DNA from: Minisyncoccota bacterium
GTDB lineage: Bacteria; Patescibacteriota; Minisyncoccia; Phycocordibacterales; JABMNX01
Direction of reading: 5' to 3'
NCBI GenBank assembly: GCA_026195275.1
Contig: JAPHQU010000001.1
Coordinates: 77,712-141,711, forward strand
Length of the DNA stretch: 64,000 nt
Every line of letters starts with the position of its first letter. Position 1 is the stretch's first letter. Position numbers and translations under genes: made by a program. The notes beneath the pieces were generated by a model. It ran no database searches and was not told the DNA's origin. It saw nothing but the letters and a program-made list of their open reading frames with translations. Below, piece by piece: positions 9,429 to 18,022 of the stretch.

Positions 9429-9450
9429 ACCTGTGCGGGTCTTTATTTTC
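9417..9450 (+). terminator. intrinsic terminator CCCGCGCAG-TAAAC-CTGTGCGGG + TCTTTATTTTC
   Basis: 9-bp GC stem overlapping stop codon of ORF 9279..9428. Confidence 0.55.
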
Positions 9451-9522
9451 ATACTTTACAAAGTATTTGAAAGTCGTATGCTGAAGAGCAGAAAACGTTG
9501 AATAGAAGAAAGGAGAGAGGTG

Positions 9523-10029
9523 ATGACCATAGAAGCCCAAGAAACCTCCGTCCACCCAAACGTAGGACAAGTACTCGATGTCATTGAGGATGTTGTCTCT
9601 GTTATGGAATGGTCTCACGAACGACGGGGAGATGAACTCTCGACTCAAGTACCAGGAAGGTGGTGCGACTACGCTGTCCAATTCACATGGATTGGTCAAA
9701 TGGAGTTCCTTGCCTTCTTTTGCGTGCTCGATATGCGCATCGAACCCAATCGAATGAAAGAAGCGTATGAGCTTGTCGGTATATCAAACGACAAGACATT
9801 ACTCGGGTCTTTTACGATCTCGGCTGAAGATCGACTTCCACTCTTTCGGATCGTCGTTCCGATGCGAGGACAGAAAAGAGTGAGTCCTGAGCAAATCAAG
9901 GATATGCTCAATGAAACACTGGCCGAATGTGAGCGATTCTACCCAGCATTCCAATTCGTCATCTGGGGTGGCAAGAACCCACAAGAAGCGATCCGTGATG
10001 CCATGATTGAAGTTGAAGGCACCGCATAA
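9523..10029 (+). CDS. hypothetical cytoplasmic protein, possibly YbjN/T3SS-chaperone-like fold
   Basis: ORF 9520 starts GTG; ATG at 9523 with RBS AAAGGAGAGAGG; about 168 aa acidic protein; family call is weak pattern resemblance only. Confidence 0.55.
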   Translation: MTIEAQETSVHPNVGQVLDVIEDVVSVMEWSHERRGDELSTQVPGRWCDYAVQFTWIGQMEFLAFFCVLDMRIEPNRMKEAYELVGISNDKTLLGSFTISAEDRLPLFRIVVPMRGQKRVSPEQIKDMLNETLAECERFYPAFQFVIWGGKNPQEAIRDAMIEVEGTA

Positions 10030-10047
10030 TCTCCTTGCAATAAGTAC

Positions 10048-10080
10048 CCGCCCGGCTGCGCCGGGCGGTTCCTTTTTTAT
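10048..10080 (+). terminator. intrinsic terminator CCGCCCGGC-TGC-GCCGGGCGG + TTCCTTTTTTAT
   Basis: perfect 9-bp GC stem after orf9523; also downstream of convergent rhodanese gene. Confidence 0.6.
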
Positions 10081-10083
10081 AAG

Positions 10084-10392
10084 CTACTGACGCTCCACTT
10101 TGCCACCGGCCTCTACCCAATCGTGAAGGCCGCCGATATTACTCACACTACTAAACCCTGCTGCTTCAAGAAGCTGACATGCCATACCTGCCCTGCCGCC
10201 GCTACGACAATATACGTATATATCGGTGTCCTTTGAACACTCCGGCAGTACGCCGCCGTTTAGGCGAGCAAGGTCGAGATGCAATGAACCGTCTGCATAT
10301 CCGTCACTGAGACGCTCATCACCCGTGCGAACATCAATCAACACTGCTTCTCCAGAATCAAGCCCCTTTTGAATCTTTCGTATATCAAACAT
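10084..10392 (-). CDS. single-domain rhodanese (thiosulfate sulfurtransferase-like)
   Basis: Track ORF 10084..10521 begins with GTG; domain begins at ATG 10392 (MFDIRKIQKGLDSGEAVLIDVR...); active-site loop CRSGGRAG. Confidence 0.7.
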   Translation of the reverse strand: MFDIRKIQKGLDSGEAVLIDVRTGDERLSDGYADGSLHLDLARLNGGVLPECSKDTDIYVYCRSGGRAGMACQLLEAAGFSSVSNIGGLHDWVEAGGKVERQ

Positions 10393-10560
10393 ATTTGAGA
10401 TCTTTTTTACTCGACCAGTATAACAAACACAAGAACACCAAGCCAACAAGGTGGCCTGGTGTTGTCCTGTGATGACGAAAGTGTCCGATGTCTCATAATT
10501 ATCCGTCTTCTCTGTGTACACTTCTTTATAAAAAGCAGGGACCTTGCTACTATATAGATA

Positions 10561-11631
10561 ATGACACGAAACACGCTCACTCGATTCTCAACAGTACAGA
10601 ACACGCTCTTCTTCGGTTTACTCGCTCTAGGTACCGGTGCATTTATCTGGCTGATTAACGATTTTATTATGCCCGTCTTCTGGGCGATTGTACTCGCGAT
10701 TGTCTTTTATCCGCTACAGCACCGGTGGGCGGTCTTTGTACGGAACCGTACGGTCGCCTCACTGCTCACCATCTCTTCAGTGATCCTTGTTATCTTTGTT
10801 CCTCTTTGGATTATTGGCGGGCTCGTAGTCGAAGAATCAATCAGCACCTATGACCGTTTTGCAACCGGTAGTTTTGAAGCGTCTCGATCAAGTATTGTGA
10901 ATCAAGCGCTTGAGCAGTTGAACAAGATTGATGGCGTTTACCTTGATGAGGAAGGTGTCAAAGAGAAACTCTCGTCGTTTGTTCAGGTGGTAAGCGCGTG
11001 GTTCGCGCGCGAAGCATTTGAACTTGGGCAAGCGACCTTTGGTGTGATGGTAAGCTTCTTGCTTATGCTCTACCTGCTCTTCTTTATGCTCCGTGATGGA
11101 CCGAGAATTGGTCGCGCAATCGAGCACACACTCCCGCTTGGCAATGAACGAGAGGAGGCTCTCTTCACTAACTTTGCGCGAATCACACGCTCCATCTTCA
11201 AAGGGACACTCGCGATTGCACTCATCCAAGGTGCTATCGGTGGTGCGCTCTTCTGGATTGCCGGCATTGATGGCGCGCTTCTCTGGGGTGTGGTGATGAC
11301 ACTCCTCTCAATCATCCCGGCGATCGGTCCGAGTATTGTCTGGCTACCAGCTGGTGTCATCCTACTGCTCTCAGGCTTTATGTGGCAAGGAGCGGTTGTC
11401 CTTGTTGGTGGTGTTGTTATCATTAGTCTTGTCGATAATATACTACGCCCACTCCTCGTAGGCAGAGACGTGAAGATTCCTGATGCAATCATTCTCCTCT
11501 CCACAATTGGTGGTCTTTCTGTCTTTGGAATTACCGGTATTATTATTGGTCCGGTCATTGCCGGGTTCTTCCTCTCCCTATGGAAGATCTTTGAGGTCGA
11601 TTACCGAAAAGACCTTGAAACACAAGGCTAA
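10561..11631 (+). CDS. AI-2E family transporter (PerM/YdiK-like permease)
   Basis: 356 aa, about 8 TM helices, family-typical GALLWGVVMTLLSIIPAIGPSIVWLPAG segment. Confidence 0.7.
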   Translation: MTRNTLTRFSTVQNTLFFGLLALGTGAFIWLINDFIMPVFWAIVLAIVFYPLQHRWAVFVRNRTVASLLTISSVILVIFVPLWIIGGLVVEESISTYDRFATGSFEASRSSIVNQALEQLNKIDGVYLDEEGVKEKLSSFVQVVSAWFAREAFELGQATFGVMVSFLLMLYLLFFMLRDGPRIGRAIEHTLPLGNEREEALFTNFARITRSIFKGTLAIALIQGAIGGALFWIAGIDGALLWGVVMTLLSIIPAIGPSIVWLPAGVILLLSGFMWQGAVVLVGGVVIISLVDNILRPLLVGRDVKIPDAIILLSTIGGLSVFGITGIIIGPVIAGFFLSLWKIFEVDYRKDLETQG

Positions 11632-11669
11632 TGTGTGTTATACTGCGGTACCTTTAAACATAGGTCAAT

Positions 11670-12218
11670 TTGAGTAAACAGGTACGAATAAACCAAGGAA
11701 TTCGAGCAAAAGAGCTCAGAGTGGTTGGCGCCGATGGCGCTAATTTAGGTGTTTTGTCGCTCAAAGAGGCTATTTTGAAGGCCGAGGAGGCAGGACTCGA
11801 CCTTATTGAGATCTCGCCGAACGCCAAGCCGCCAGTTGCAAAAATAACGGACTATGGTAAATTCCAGTACGAGCTAAAGAAAAAGCAGCGCGAGATGAAA
11901 GCAAAGTCTCACGTCACTGAGACCAAATCTGCGCAGGTGAAGGTTGGTACCGGTGAGAACGACATGAATCTCAAGGCACGCCGTATCTCAAAGTGGCTCT
12001 CTGAGGGCCACCGAGTGAAGATTGATCTGTTTTTGTGGGGACGCTATAAGTACATGGACTTTAATTTCCTCAAGGAACGCCTCGAGCGATTCCTCAACCT
12101 TATCACCGAAGAATACAAGGTTGCCGATGAGATCAAGAAGAGTCCCAAAGGACTCACTGTAGTGATTGAACGCGGTAAAATTGTTAAAAAAGATACCGCG
12201 GAGACTTTGGAGAAATAA
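11670..12218 (+). CDS. infC: translation initiation factor IF-3 (non-ATG start, TTG at 11670)
   Basis: INQGIRAKELRVVGADGANLGVLSLKEAILKAEEAGLDLIEISPNAKPPVAKITDYGKFQYE matches IF-3; infC-rpmI-rplT order conserved. Confidence 0.85.
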   Translation: MSKQVRINQGIRAKELRVVGADGANLGVLSLKEAILKAEEAGLDLIEISPNAKPPVAKITDYGKFQYELKKKQREMKAKSHVTETKSAQVKVGTGENDMNLKARRISKWLSEGHRVKIDLFLWGRYKYMDFNFLKERLERFLNLITEEYKVADEIKKSPKGLTVVIERGKIVKKDTAETLEK

Positions 12219-12223
12219 ATATC

Positions 12224-12409
12224 ATGAAAACAAACAAATCGTATTCAAAGAGATTGAAGGTAACGAAGACCGGCAAGACCATTGGGCGTAAGCCGGGTCA
12301 GAACCATTTCAATGCAAAAGCGACAGGTGAACAGCGCAGAAAGAAACGCAACGGTGTTGTAGTTAAACTTGCCGCAAAGGTACGCAACCGTTTTCTACCA
12401 CACGCATAA
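12224..12409 (+). CDS. rpmI: 50S ribosomal protein L35
   Basis: 61 aa very basic, MKTNKSYSKRLKVTKTGK..., position between infC and rplT. Confidence 0.85.
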   Translation: MKTNKSYSKRLKVTKTGKTIGRKPGQNHFNAKATGEQRRKKRNGVVVKLAAKVRNRFLPHA

Positions 12410-12440
12410 TTCTTTATTCATCATCCCTAATTCATAACAT

Positions 12441-12788
12441 ATGGCACGAGTAAAAGGAGGAACAACTACACTAAAGCGACGTCGAGAGACTCTTGGGATG
12501 ACCAAGGGCTACCGTCTTGGACGCTCAACAAAGAAAAAGCAAGCGTACGAGGCAATCGCACATGCAGGTAACCACGCATTTGCCCACCGAAAAGACAAGA
12601 AGGGAGACTTCCGTCGGCTCTGGACTGTGCGCATCAATGCCGCAGTGCGTGCGCTCGGTAATCTTTCATACAGCAGATTTATCGACACACTAAAGAAGAA
12701 GGAAGTCGGACTCGACCGGAAAGTGCTTGCAGAGATCGCCAAAGATCGACCGGAGAGCTTTGCGCGCATCGTTGAGCAGGTAAAATAA
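12441..12788 (+). CDS. rplT: 50S ribosomal protein L20
   Basis: MARVKGG...WTVRINAAVRALGNLSYSRFIDTLKKKEVGLDRKVLAEIA typical L20. Confidence 0.9.
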   Translation: MARVKGGTTTLKRRRETLGMTKGYRLGRSTKKKQAYEAIAHAGNHAFAHRKDKKGDFRRLWTVRINAAVRALGNLSYSRFIDTLKKKEVGLDRKVLAEIAKDRPESFARIVEQVK

Positions 12789-12823
12789 GGCTGAGTCACT
12801 GGTCAACGGCCATCAGTCATCAG

Positions 12824-12857
12824 AAAAACCGCGGCGCTTTGCGCCGCGGTTTTGTAT
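12824..12857 (+). terminator. intrinsic terminator ACCGCGGCGC-TTT-GCGCCGCGGT + TTTGTAT
   Basis: perfect 10-bp GC stem after rplT. Confidence 0.6.
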
Positions 12858-12928
12858 ACTTGCGTCCCCTGCCACTTCCTTGTATGGTATCCACAGACAT
12901 CACACAAGGTTAAGGAAAGGAACGTGCC

Positions 12929-13348
12929 ATGCTCGGATTCCCCTGTGCCCATTGTGGCAATATCGAATTTTTACATCAAACCCATCAAGTTTCAGATGCT
13001 GGGTTCTATGACGGACTCACACCCCTTCATGTACCCATCGACGAAGAAAAATTTTGGTGGGGCCCTTTTGAGGAGCGGAAGTACCAGGAGGCTAAACGCA
13101 AACCTGGGTATCAGCACGATCTTCTCACCTGCCCAGGCTTTGAGCACAGAAAGCAAGATCTGGGGATGGAGATGGTCAGGCGCGCGATCGAGGAAAACTT
13201 GCCAGGCCCTCACCTACTTCCGCTACCGAAGCAACTTATCGAAAAAGTCCGTGAGGGTATTCAAGAGAAACGCCCAAATCTATTCGGAGGAGGTCTTACT
13301 CGTGTCTACTTCAATCGTGGAGCATCGTTCGTCGCCATCGGCGAATGA
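12929..13348 (+). CDS. hypothetical protein (CxxC-containing, 139 aa)
   Basis: RBS AAGGAAAGGAAC before ATG 12929; chosen over overlapping 12852..13397 frame which lacks RBS; MLGFPCAHCGNIEF..., no known motif. Confidence 0.5.
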   Translation: MLGFPCAHCGNIEFLHQTHQVSDAGFYDGLTPLHVPIDEEKFWWGPFEERKYQEAKRKPGYQHDLLTCPGFEHRKQDLGMEMVRRAIEENLPGPHLLPLPKQLIEKVREGIQEKRPNLFGGGLTRVYFNRGASFVAIGE

Positions 13349-13352
13349 GCCG

Positions 13353-13390
13353 AAACCGCCGCACTCAAGGGTGCGGCGGTTTTTCTTTAT
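13353..13390. terminator. bidirectional intrinsic terminator CCGCCGCAC-TCAAGG-GTGCGGCGG + TTTTTCTTT
   Basis: between convergent orf12929 and beta-CASP RNase gene. Confidence 0.55.
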
Positions 13391-13393
13391 ATT

Positions 13394-14806
13394 CTAAAAG
13401 AGCTCAACGCGACTTCCCTTTTCAGGGACGGTGGCATTCACGCCAAGTTCATCACGCAAACGCTGTGTGAGAAAGAGTGACGCCTTTGGCTCCCCCATCA
13501 CGACAAATGCCTGCTTGAGTGTGTCTTTTGCGTCAGCAACAAAGTCGATGAGGTGGTCGGAGTCTTTGTGCGCAGAAAAACCGTCGATAGCGCGCACCTC
13601 GGCACGCACAAAAACTTTATCACCGTAGATCGTTACCTCCTTTGCCCCCTCTCTGAGTCGTCTACCAAGCGTCCCGGCACCCTGGTAGCCAATGAAGAGT
13701 AGCGTGTTCTTCGAGTCAGAGAGAATGTGCTTCTCATGCTCGAGTACACGCCCCCCAACCGACATCCCCGAACCGGCAATGATGATCTTCGGACCCGGCG
13801 TCTTCATAATGACTCTTGACTCGGGGACAGTGCGTGTCTTCTTAAAAAGTGGAAACTGGAAGATGTTGTCTCCTTCTCTAATTTCCTTTCTTACCTCATC
13901 TTTAAAATCATCGGAATAACGGGTATATATATCCGTCGCGCGTATCGCAAGCGGCGAATCAAGAAACACAGGGATTTCAGGTACAACCCCATCCTCAATA
14001 AGATTATTGAGAAAATAGAGAAGGACCTGCGTCCGATCAAGCGAGAATGCAGGAATGAGCAATGTTCCTTTCCGAGAGATCGTATCCTTAATAGCTTCTA
14101 CAAGGAGCCCCTCCCGATCATCTTTCCCTTCGTGATTACGGTCACCATAGACACTCTCCATCACCAAGTGTGTTGCTCCTTTAATACTCTCTGTGTCCGG
14201 AAGAAGTGGTGATGGGGAGTTGCCAAGATCTCCAGTAAAGACTATCTTCTTTCCGTCGTAAGCAAATTCAAGTATTGCTGAGCCAAGGATGTGCCCGGCA
14301 TCCTTTAGGGTTACGGAGAAACCTTGCGGAAACGATTGTTCTTCGTGATACCTGATTGTTTCCCACTGATTGAGCGCACGGTCGATGTCTTCTCTCTCAT
14401 ACATAATCGGCTTACCTCGCTCACGCGCCTCATGCGCAAGAATCGTAAGCGCATCTTCGAACATCACCCTTGCCAAGTCGCGCGTTGCCGGTGTTGAGTA
14501 TATCTTCCCACGGAAGCCGTCGCGCACAAGCTTAGGGATACGCCCAATATGGTCCGCGTGTGCGTGCGTCACAAAGAGTATGTCGATTGATGCCGGATCA
14601 TACGGAAACGGGTCGTAGTTGCAATCGTGACAGTACTGCTCGCCTTGCACGAACCCACAGTCAACGAGAATCCGCGCGTCCTCAAACTCAAAGAGAAAGT
14701 TTGCCCCGGTCACGCCACCGGCGCCGCCGTAAAACGTGATCGCTGCTTTATTCACTTCTGTATCTTTATTTTGTTCCATATTTTGTTCCATTTTGGTTAC
14801 TACCAT
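13394..14806 (-). CDS. MBL-fold / beta-CASP family ribonuclease (RNase J/CPSF73-like)
   Basis: 470 aa; ITFYGGAGGVTGANFLFE...ILVDCG...THAHADHIG metallo-beta-lactamase motifs plus beta-CASP C-terminal region. Confidence 0.8.
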   Translation of the reverse strand: MVVTKMEQNMEQNKDTEVNKAAITFYGGAGGVTGANFLFEFEDARILVDCGFVQGEQYCHDCNYDPFPYDPASIDILFVTHAHADHIGRIPKLVRDGFRGKIYSTPATRDLARVMFEDALTILAHEARERGKPIMYEREDIDRALNQWETIRYHEEQSFPQGFSVTLKDAGHILGSAILEFAYDGKKIVFTGDLGNSPSPLLPDTESIKGATHLVMESVYGDRNHEGKDDREGLLVEAIKDTISRKGTLLIPAFSLDRTQVLLYFLNNLIEDGVVPEIPVFLDSPLAIRATDIYTRYSDDFKDEVRKEIREGDNIFQFPLFKKTRTVPESRVIMKTPGPKIIIAGSGMSVGGRVLEHEKHILSDSKNTLLFIGYQGAGTLGRRLREGAKEVTIYGDKVFVRAEVRAIDGFSAHKDSDHLIDFVADAKDTLKQAFVVMGEPKASLFLTQRLRDELGVNATVPEKGSRVELF

Positions 14807-15185
14807 ATATGGTAGTAAAAAATATTACCGCGAAAATCGTACCGAGTGCATCCATAGCAAGATCGGTGGTGGTGTCGAGTACATAATTGTTCTCAATCGG
14901 GATCCCCGCAAGCACTTCAAACACCTCCCACCCGACCCCAACAATAACAATCGCCCCTCCGGCAACAAGGAGCGTCTTGGTCAGACTACGTGCGACGCAG
15001 ATGTAACCAGACTCAAAGAAAAGCCAGAGCGATGCGAGCCCAACAAGAAGCCCGCCAAGGAAATGCATCATGGTATCAAACCACGAGTACGTCCAGTAGA
15101 GATAGAACTCAATTGCCGACGCATGGAGCACCGCGATCATCACAAGTAGCATGAACCAGAGTATGAAGAGTGGATGTTTGTGCAT
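14766..15185 (-). CDS. hypothetical membrane protein (4 TM; possibly DUF457/YdjM-like)
   Basis: ATG at 15185 preceded by TATACT 6 nt upstream (leaderless-type); overlaps downstream gene by up to 41 nt. Confidence 0.45.
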   Translation of the reverse strand: MHKHPLFILWFMLLVMIAVLHASAIEFYLYWTYSWFDTMMHFLGGLLVGLASLWLFFESGYICVARSLTKTLLVAGGAIVIVGVGWEVFEVLAGIPIENNYVLDTTTDLAMDALGTIFAVIFFTTIYGSNQNGTKYGTK

Positions 15186-15272
15186 AGAGTAAGTATAAAG
15201 TTGAAAGTCAAAAGTTGAAAGTGATACTGTATTGATCTCTTGGTGTCTGTATTCAAGAGAAGAACAAAAACA

Positions 15273-15299
15273 AAAAACCGCACGAGGCGGTTTTTTGTT
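15273..15299. terminator. intrinsic terminator AAAACCGC-ACGAG-GCGGTTTT with U tracts on both strands
   Basis: 8-bp stem flanked by A/T runs in the ndk-downstream intergenic region. Confidence 0.5.
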
Positions 15300-15476
15300 A
15301 AGGGGGATGAAAGTACTTACCCAGTGTTGTACACGTGGGTGCCCTCAGCGATGTGCCGTGTCATGCACATACTTAATGCATTTTAAGCTCCCTGGATAAG
15401 TAACTAAGTGGATAATACTTTCTTCTCCCCTGTCTATATTGTACTCTCCTCGTGCGAAGGTGCAAATGTGCACAAA

Positions 15477-15512
15477 AATAAACGCCAGGCACAGCCTGGC
15501 GTTTATTTTTGG
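15477..15512 (-). terminator. intrinsic terminator AACGCCAGGC-ACAG-CCTGGCGTT just downstream of ndk
   Basis: 10-bp GC stem flanked by A/T tracts, 20 nt after ndk stop. Confidence 0.55.
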
Positions 15513-15533
15513 CTTATGTAAGCCTTCCAGGGA

Positions 15534-16139
15534 CTACTCTAAAATCCCATCAATATTAACGTCGTAGAGGATCTCGTCTGAAATGAGGCGGTAGCTGATA
15601 AGCTCACCCTCCACAAACCAGTGCTTGATCTCATTCTCTGCCTCCTCAGCTGAGCCTGATGCATGCACAATGTTACGCACCGCACGCCCATCGCCGTCTG
15701 CCATGCGGTATGAATCGAGGACGTAGTCACCGCGAATGGTCCCAACGTCTGACGAGAGTGGTTCCGTCGAGCCAACAATCTTGCGTACCAACTCTGCTGC
15801 GTGCGCTCCCTGGAGCACCATGAGCACGACCGGCCCTGAGGTCATGTACTTCTTGAGGTTCTCAAGTATCTTCGCAGTGACTTCAAGCGGGTCTTCTGAA
15901 GGTGGAGTGAGCCCTTTCTTCTTGTATGACTCGATAGCTTTCTCGCCGGTAACTGTGCGCCACGATGGATCAAGAGTATAGTGCGCCTCTACTTGACCTG
16001 CCTCAGGAACAGCCATCTTAAGCGCCACCATTTTGAGTCCGACACGTTCAAAACGTGAAATAACTTCTCCAATGAGTGAGCGCTGTACGCCATCCGGTTT
16101 GATAATAACGAGTGTTCTCTCTTTGCTGTGTTTTGACAT
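15534..16139 (-). CDS. ndk: nucleoside diphosphate kinase, long form (about 200 aa with insertions)
   Basis: ERTLVIIKPDGVQR and NIVHASGSAEEAENEIKHWF match NDK signatures incl. catalytic His; TATACT 6 nt upstream of ATG. Confidence 0.8.
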   Translation of the reverse strand: MSKHSKERTLVIIKPDGVQRSLIGEVISRFERVGLKMVALKMAVPEAGQVEAHYTLDPSWRTVTGEKAIESYKKKGLTPPSEDPLEVTAKILENLKKYMTSGPVVLMVLQGAHAAELVRKIVGSTEPLSSDVGTIRGDYVLDSYRMADGDGRAVRNIVHASGSAEEAENEIKHWFVEGELISYRLISDEILYDVNIDGILE

Positions 16140-16255
16140 AAGAACAAGTATAAAGTCAAAAGTTTAAAGTTGAAAGTGGAAAACGGATTATTCTATGGTA
16201 TAGTTTTTACAGAATCATCGTAGCAATTCTGCTTTGAGAACTAATGGAGGACGTC

Positions 16256-16396
16256 ATGAAAAAACTCTGTTGGAAACCCATCATCATCCACAAACCGTCG
16301 GGTGGCGACATCACCGGAGGTGGTGGCGGATTCATCGGCGGGGGCTCCGCAGACATCGGTCAAGAACGGACCAGTCTCGAAGAAAAGGGCATCTGA
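16256..16396 (+). CDS. 46-aa Gly-rich small peptide, hypothetical (antisense orientation relative to neighbours)
   Basis: MKKLCWKPIIIHKPSGGDITGGGGGFIGGGSADIGQERTSLEEKGI; strong RBS GGAGGA 5 nt upstream; followed by hairpin terminator 16419..16450; not in ORF track. Confidence 0.3.
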   Translation: MKKLCWKPIIIHKPSGGDITGGGGGFIGGGSADIGQERTSLEEKGI

Positions 16397-16418
16397 AGAC
16401 TCCCTGCACAACGCACAA

Positions 16419-16450
16419 GCCGCGCTCTCTGAGCGCGGCTTTCACTTTTG
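16419..16450 (+). terminator. intrinsic terminator GCCGCGCTC-TCT-GAGCGCGGC + TTTCACTTTTG
   Basis: 9-bp GC stem 22 nt after stop of small ORF 16256..16396. Confidence 0.5.
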
Positions 16451-16481
16451 CAGATATACAGACACCCCATGTCCGTATATT

Positions 16482-17246
16482 TTAGACTTCCGTGAGTATT
16501 TCCGGGCCGTCTTTGGTGATGATGATGCAGTGCTCAAAGTGCGCACTACGCGAACCATCGGCGGTACGTACCGTGTAATCGTCATCTTCAAAGATAACAT
16601 CGGCGCCACCCATGTTAAGCATTGGCTCAATGGCAATCACCAGACCCTCTTTAAGCTCCTCTCCCTCGCCCGCTTTGCCGTAGTTTGGAACCTGCGGCCC
16701 TTCGTGAACACTCTTCCCAATACCATGCCCGCAAAGCTCGCGGACAATGCCGTAGCCGTAGGGGCGCACGAACTCCTGTATTGCGTGCCCGATGTCGCCC
16801 GTCGTATTCCCGACACGTGCCGCGTCAATCCCTACGTAGAGCGCTTCGCGGGTCACTCGGAGGAGCTCCTGTGTCTCTTTATCGATATTACCAACAGGTA
16901 CCGTGATACCACTGTCGGATGCGTAGCCGTCATGAATAAGCCCGGTATCAAGTCCGACGATGTCGCCGTCTTGAAGCACAGTGTTCCGCTCGGTTGGAAT
17001 GCCATGCACCACTGTGTCATTAACTGCGACACAGAGCGTTGCCGGGAACGGTCGGGACACACCGTGCGGCTTATAGTCGAGAAATGCGGGCGTATCGCCA
17101 TGCTCGCGAATCATCTCTTCCGCCATATCGTTGAGCTCACGCACAGTCATGCCCGGTCTTACAGCCTTTGCAAGTGTTTGGAGCACGGTCGCCAGACGGC
17201 GACCCGATTCGCGAAGTTTCTCTTTATCTTGTTCGTTAGCGATCAT
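16482..17246 (-). CDS. map: methionine aminopeptidase type I
   Basis: 254 aa; metal ligands in DGDIVGLDTG, HGIGKSVHE, IAIEPM contexts typical of MetAP-I. Confidence 0.9.
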   Translation of the reverse strand: MIANEQDKEKLRESGRRLATVLQTLAKAVRPGMTVRELNDMAEEMIREHGDTPAFLDYKPHGVSRPFPATLCVAVNDTVVHGIPTERNTVLQDGDIVGLDTGLIHDGYASDSGITVPVGNIDKETQELLRVTREALYVGIDAARVGNTTGDIGHAIQEFVRPYGYGIVRELCGHGIGKSVHEGPQVPNYGKAGEGEELKEGLVIAIEPMLNMGGADVIFEDDDYTVRTADGSRSAHFEHCIIITKDGPEILTEV

Positions 17247-17295
17247 TTTCCAGGTGTTAGGGATTAGGTTCTAGATTATTAGATTGTATTAAAAG

Positions 17296-17892
17296 TTAGT
17301 CGATATTGAGTGCGGCACGGATGTCTCTCTGCACATCTTCGACCGACTGATCGCCATTGATATCATGGACATAATACCCATCCTTTTCGCGGAGATACTC
17401 AATCGACGGGAGTACTTCTGTACTATACCAAGTGAGACGTTTGGAAACGTACTCGTCGTCAAGGTCGTCTTTTCTTCCGCGATTCCGTAAACGGTCACGG
17501 CAAATATCTTCAGGGACATCGAGAATAATCGCGTGCATCTGTGGCGCACCGAAGAATTCGAGTGCTTCTTCAAGCATCTTAAATTCCGGCAGGAGGCGCA
17601 CCCCATCGAGCATGAGGAATTCTTTCCCTGTATAGTTCGCAATAAGAAAACTCGAAAGAAGCCAAATTGGAATAAAAGATGGCAAGAGATTCCCCTCATT
17701 GATGATACCTGCCGCACGCTGTGCTATTGCACCCGGATGCTCTTTTATGAATGAGCGAATTTCTTCACCACCGTCAAAAGAGAGCATTGGTGTCTGTGGG
17801 TACGAAGTCTCAATATGCGCTTTGAGCACATCTGCCTGAGTACCCTTGCCAGCTCCTGAGGGTCCAAAGAAGATAATTGTTTTGGGTTGCAT
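17296..17892 (-). CDS. adk: adenylate kinase
   Basis: P-loop GPSGAGKGTQA; TATACT 5 nt upstream of ATG. Confidence 0.9.
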   Translation of the reverse strand: MQPKTIIFFGPSGAGKGTQADVLKAHIETSYPQTPMLSFDGGEEIRSFIKEHPGAIAQRAAGIINEGNLLPSFIPIWLLSSFLIANYTGKEFLMLDGVRLLPEFKMLEEALEFFGAPQMHAIILDVPEDICRDRLRNRGRKDDLDDEYVSKRLTWYSTEVLPSIEYLREKDGYYVHDINGDQSVEDVQRDIRAALNID

Positions 17893-18022
17893 GAAATCAG
17901 TATACGGGTAATGGCTAAAAGTTGAAAGTGGATGCGACAGAATCCACTAGGATCGCCAAAATCGAATGAAGAACGAAGAGGCTAAACCTGCTCGCTTAAA
18001 ACACGAAAAAGCAGATACATGT

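Noticed and set aside
12852-13397. 181-aa alternative frame overlapping orf12929
   Set aside because: No RBS at its start, begins inside the rplT terminator region, and runs through the downstream terminator; the 12929 frame has AAGGAAAGGAAC SD.
15303-15320. GGGGGATGA resembling a tmRNA 5' end
   Set aside because: No downstream T arm/acceptor partner or tag frame; real tmRNA found after smpB at 7833.
16302-17267. 321-aa plus-strand ORF
   Set aside because: Lies entirely antisense to the well-supported map gene (MetAP motifs on minus strand); Arg/Ser-rich low-complexity translation, no RBS; its 5' part instead overlaps the better-supported 46-aa ORF frame region.
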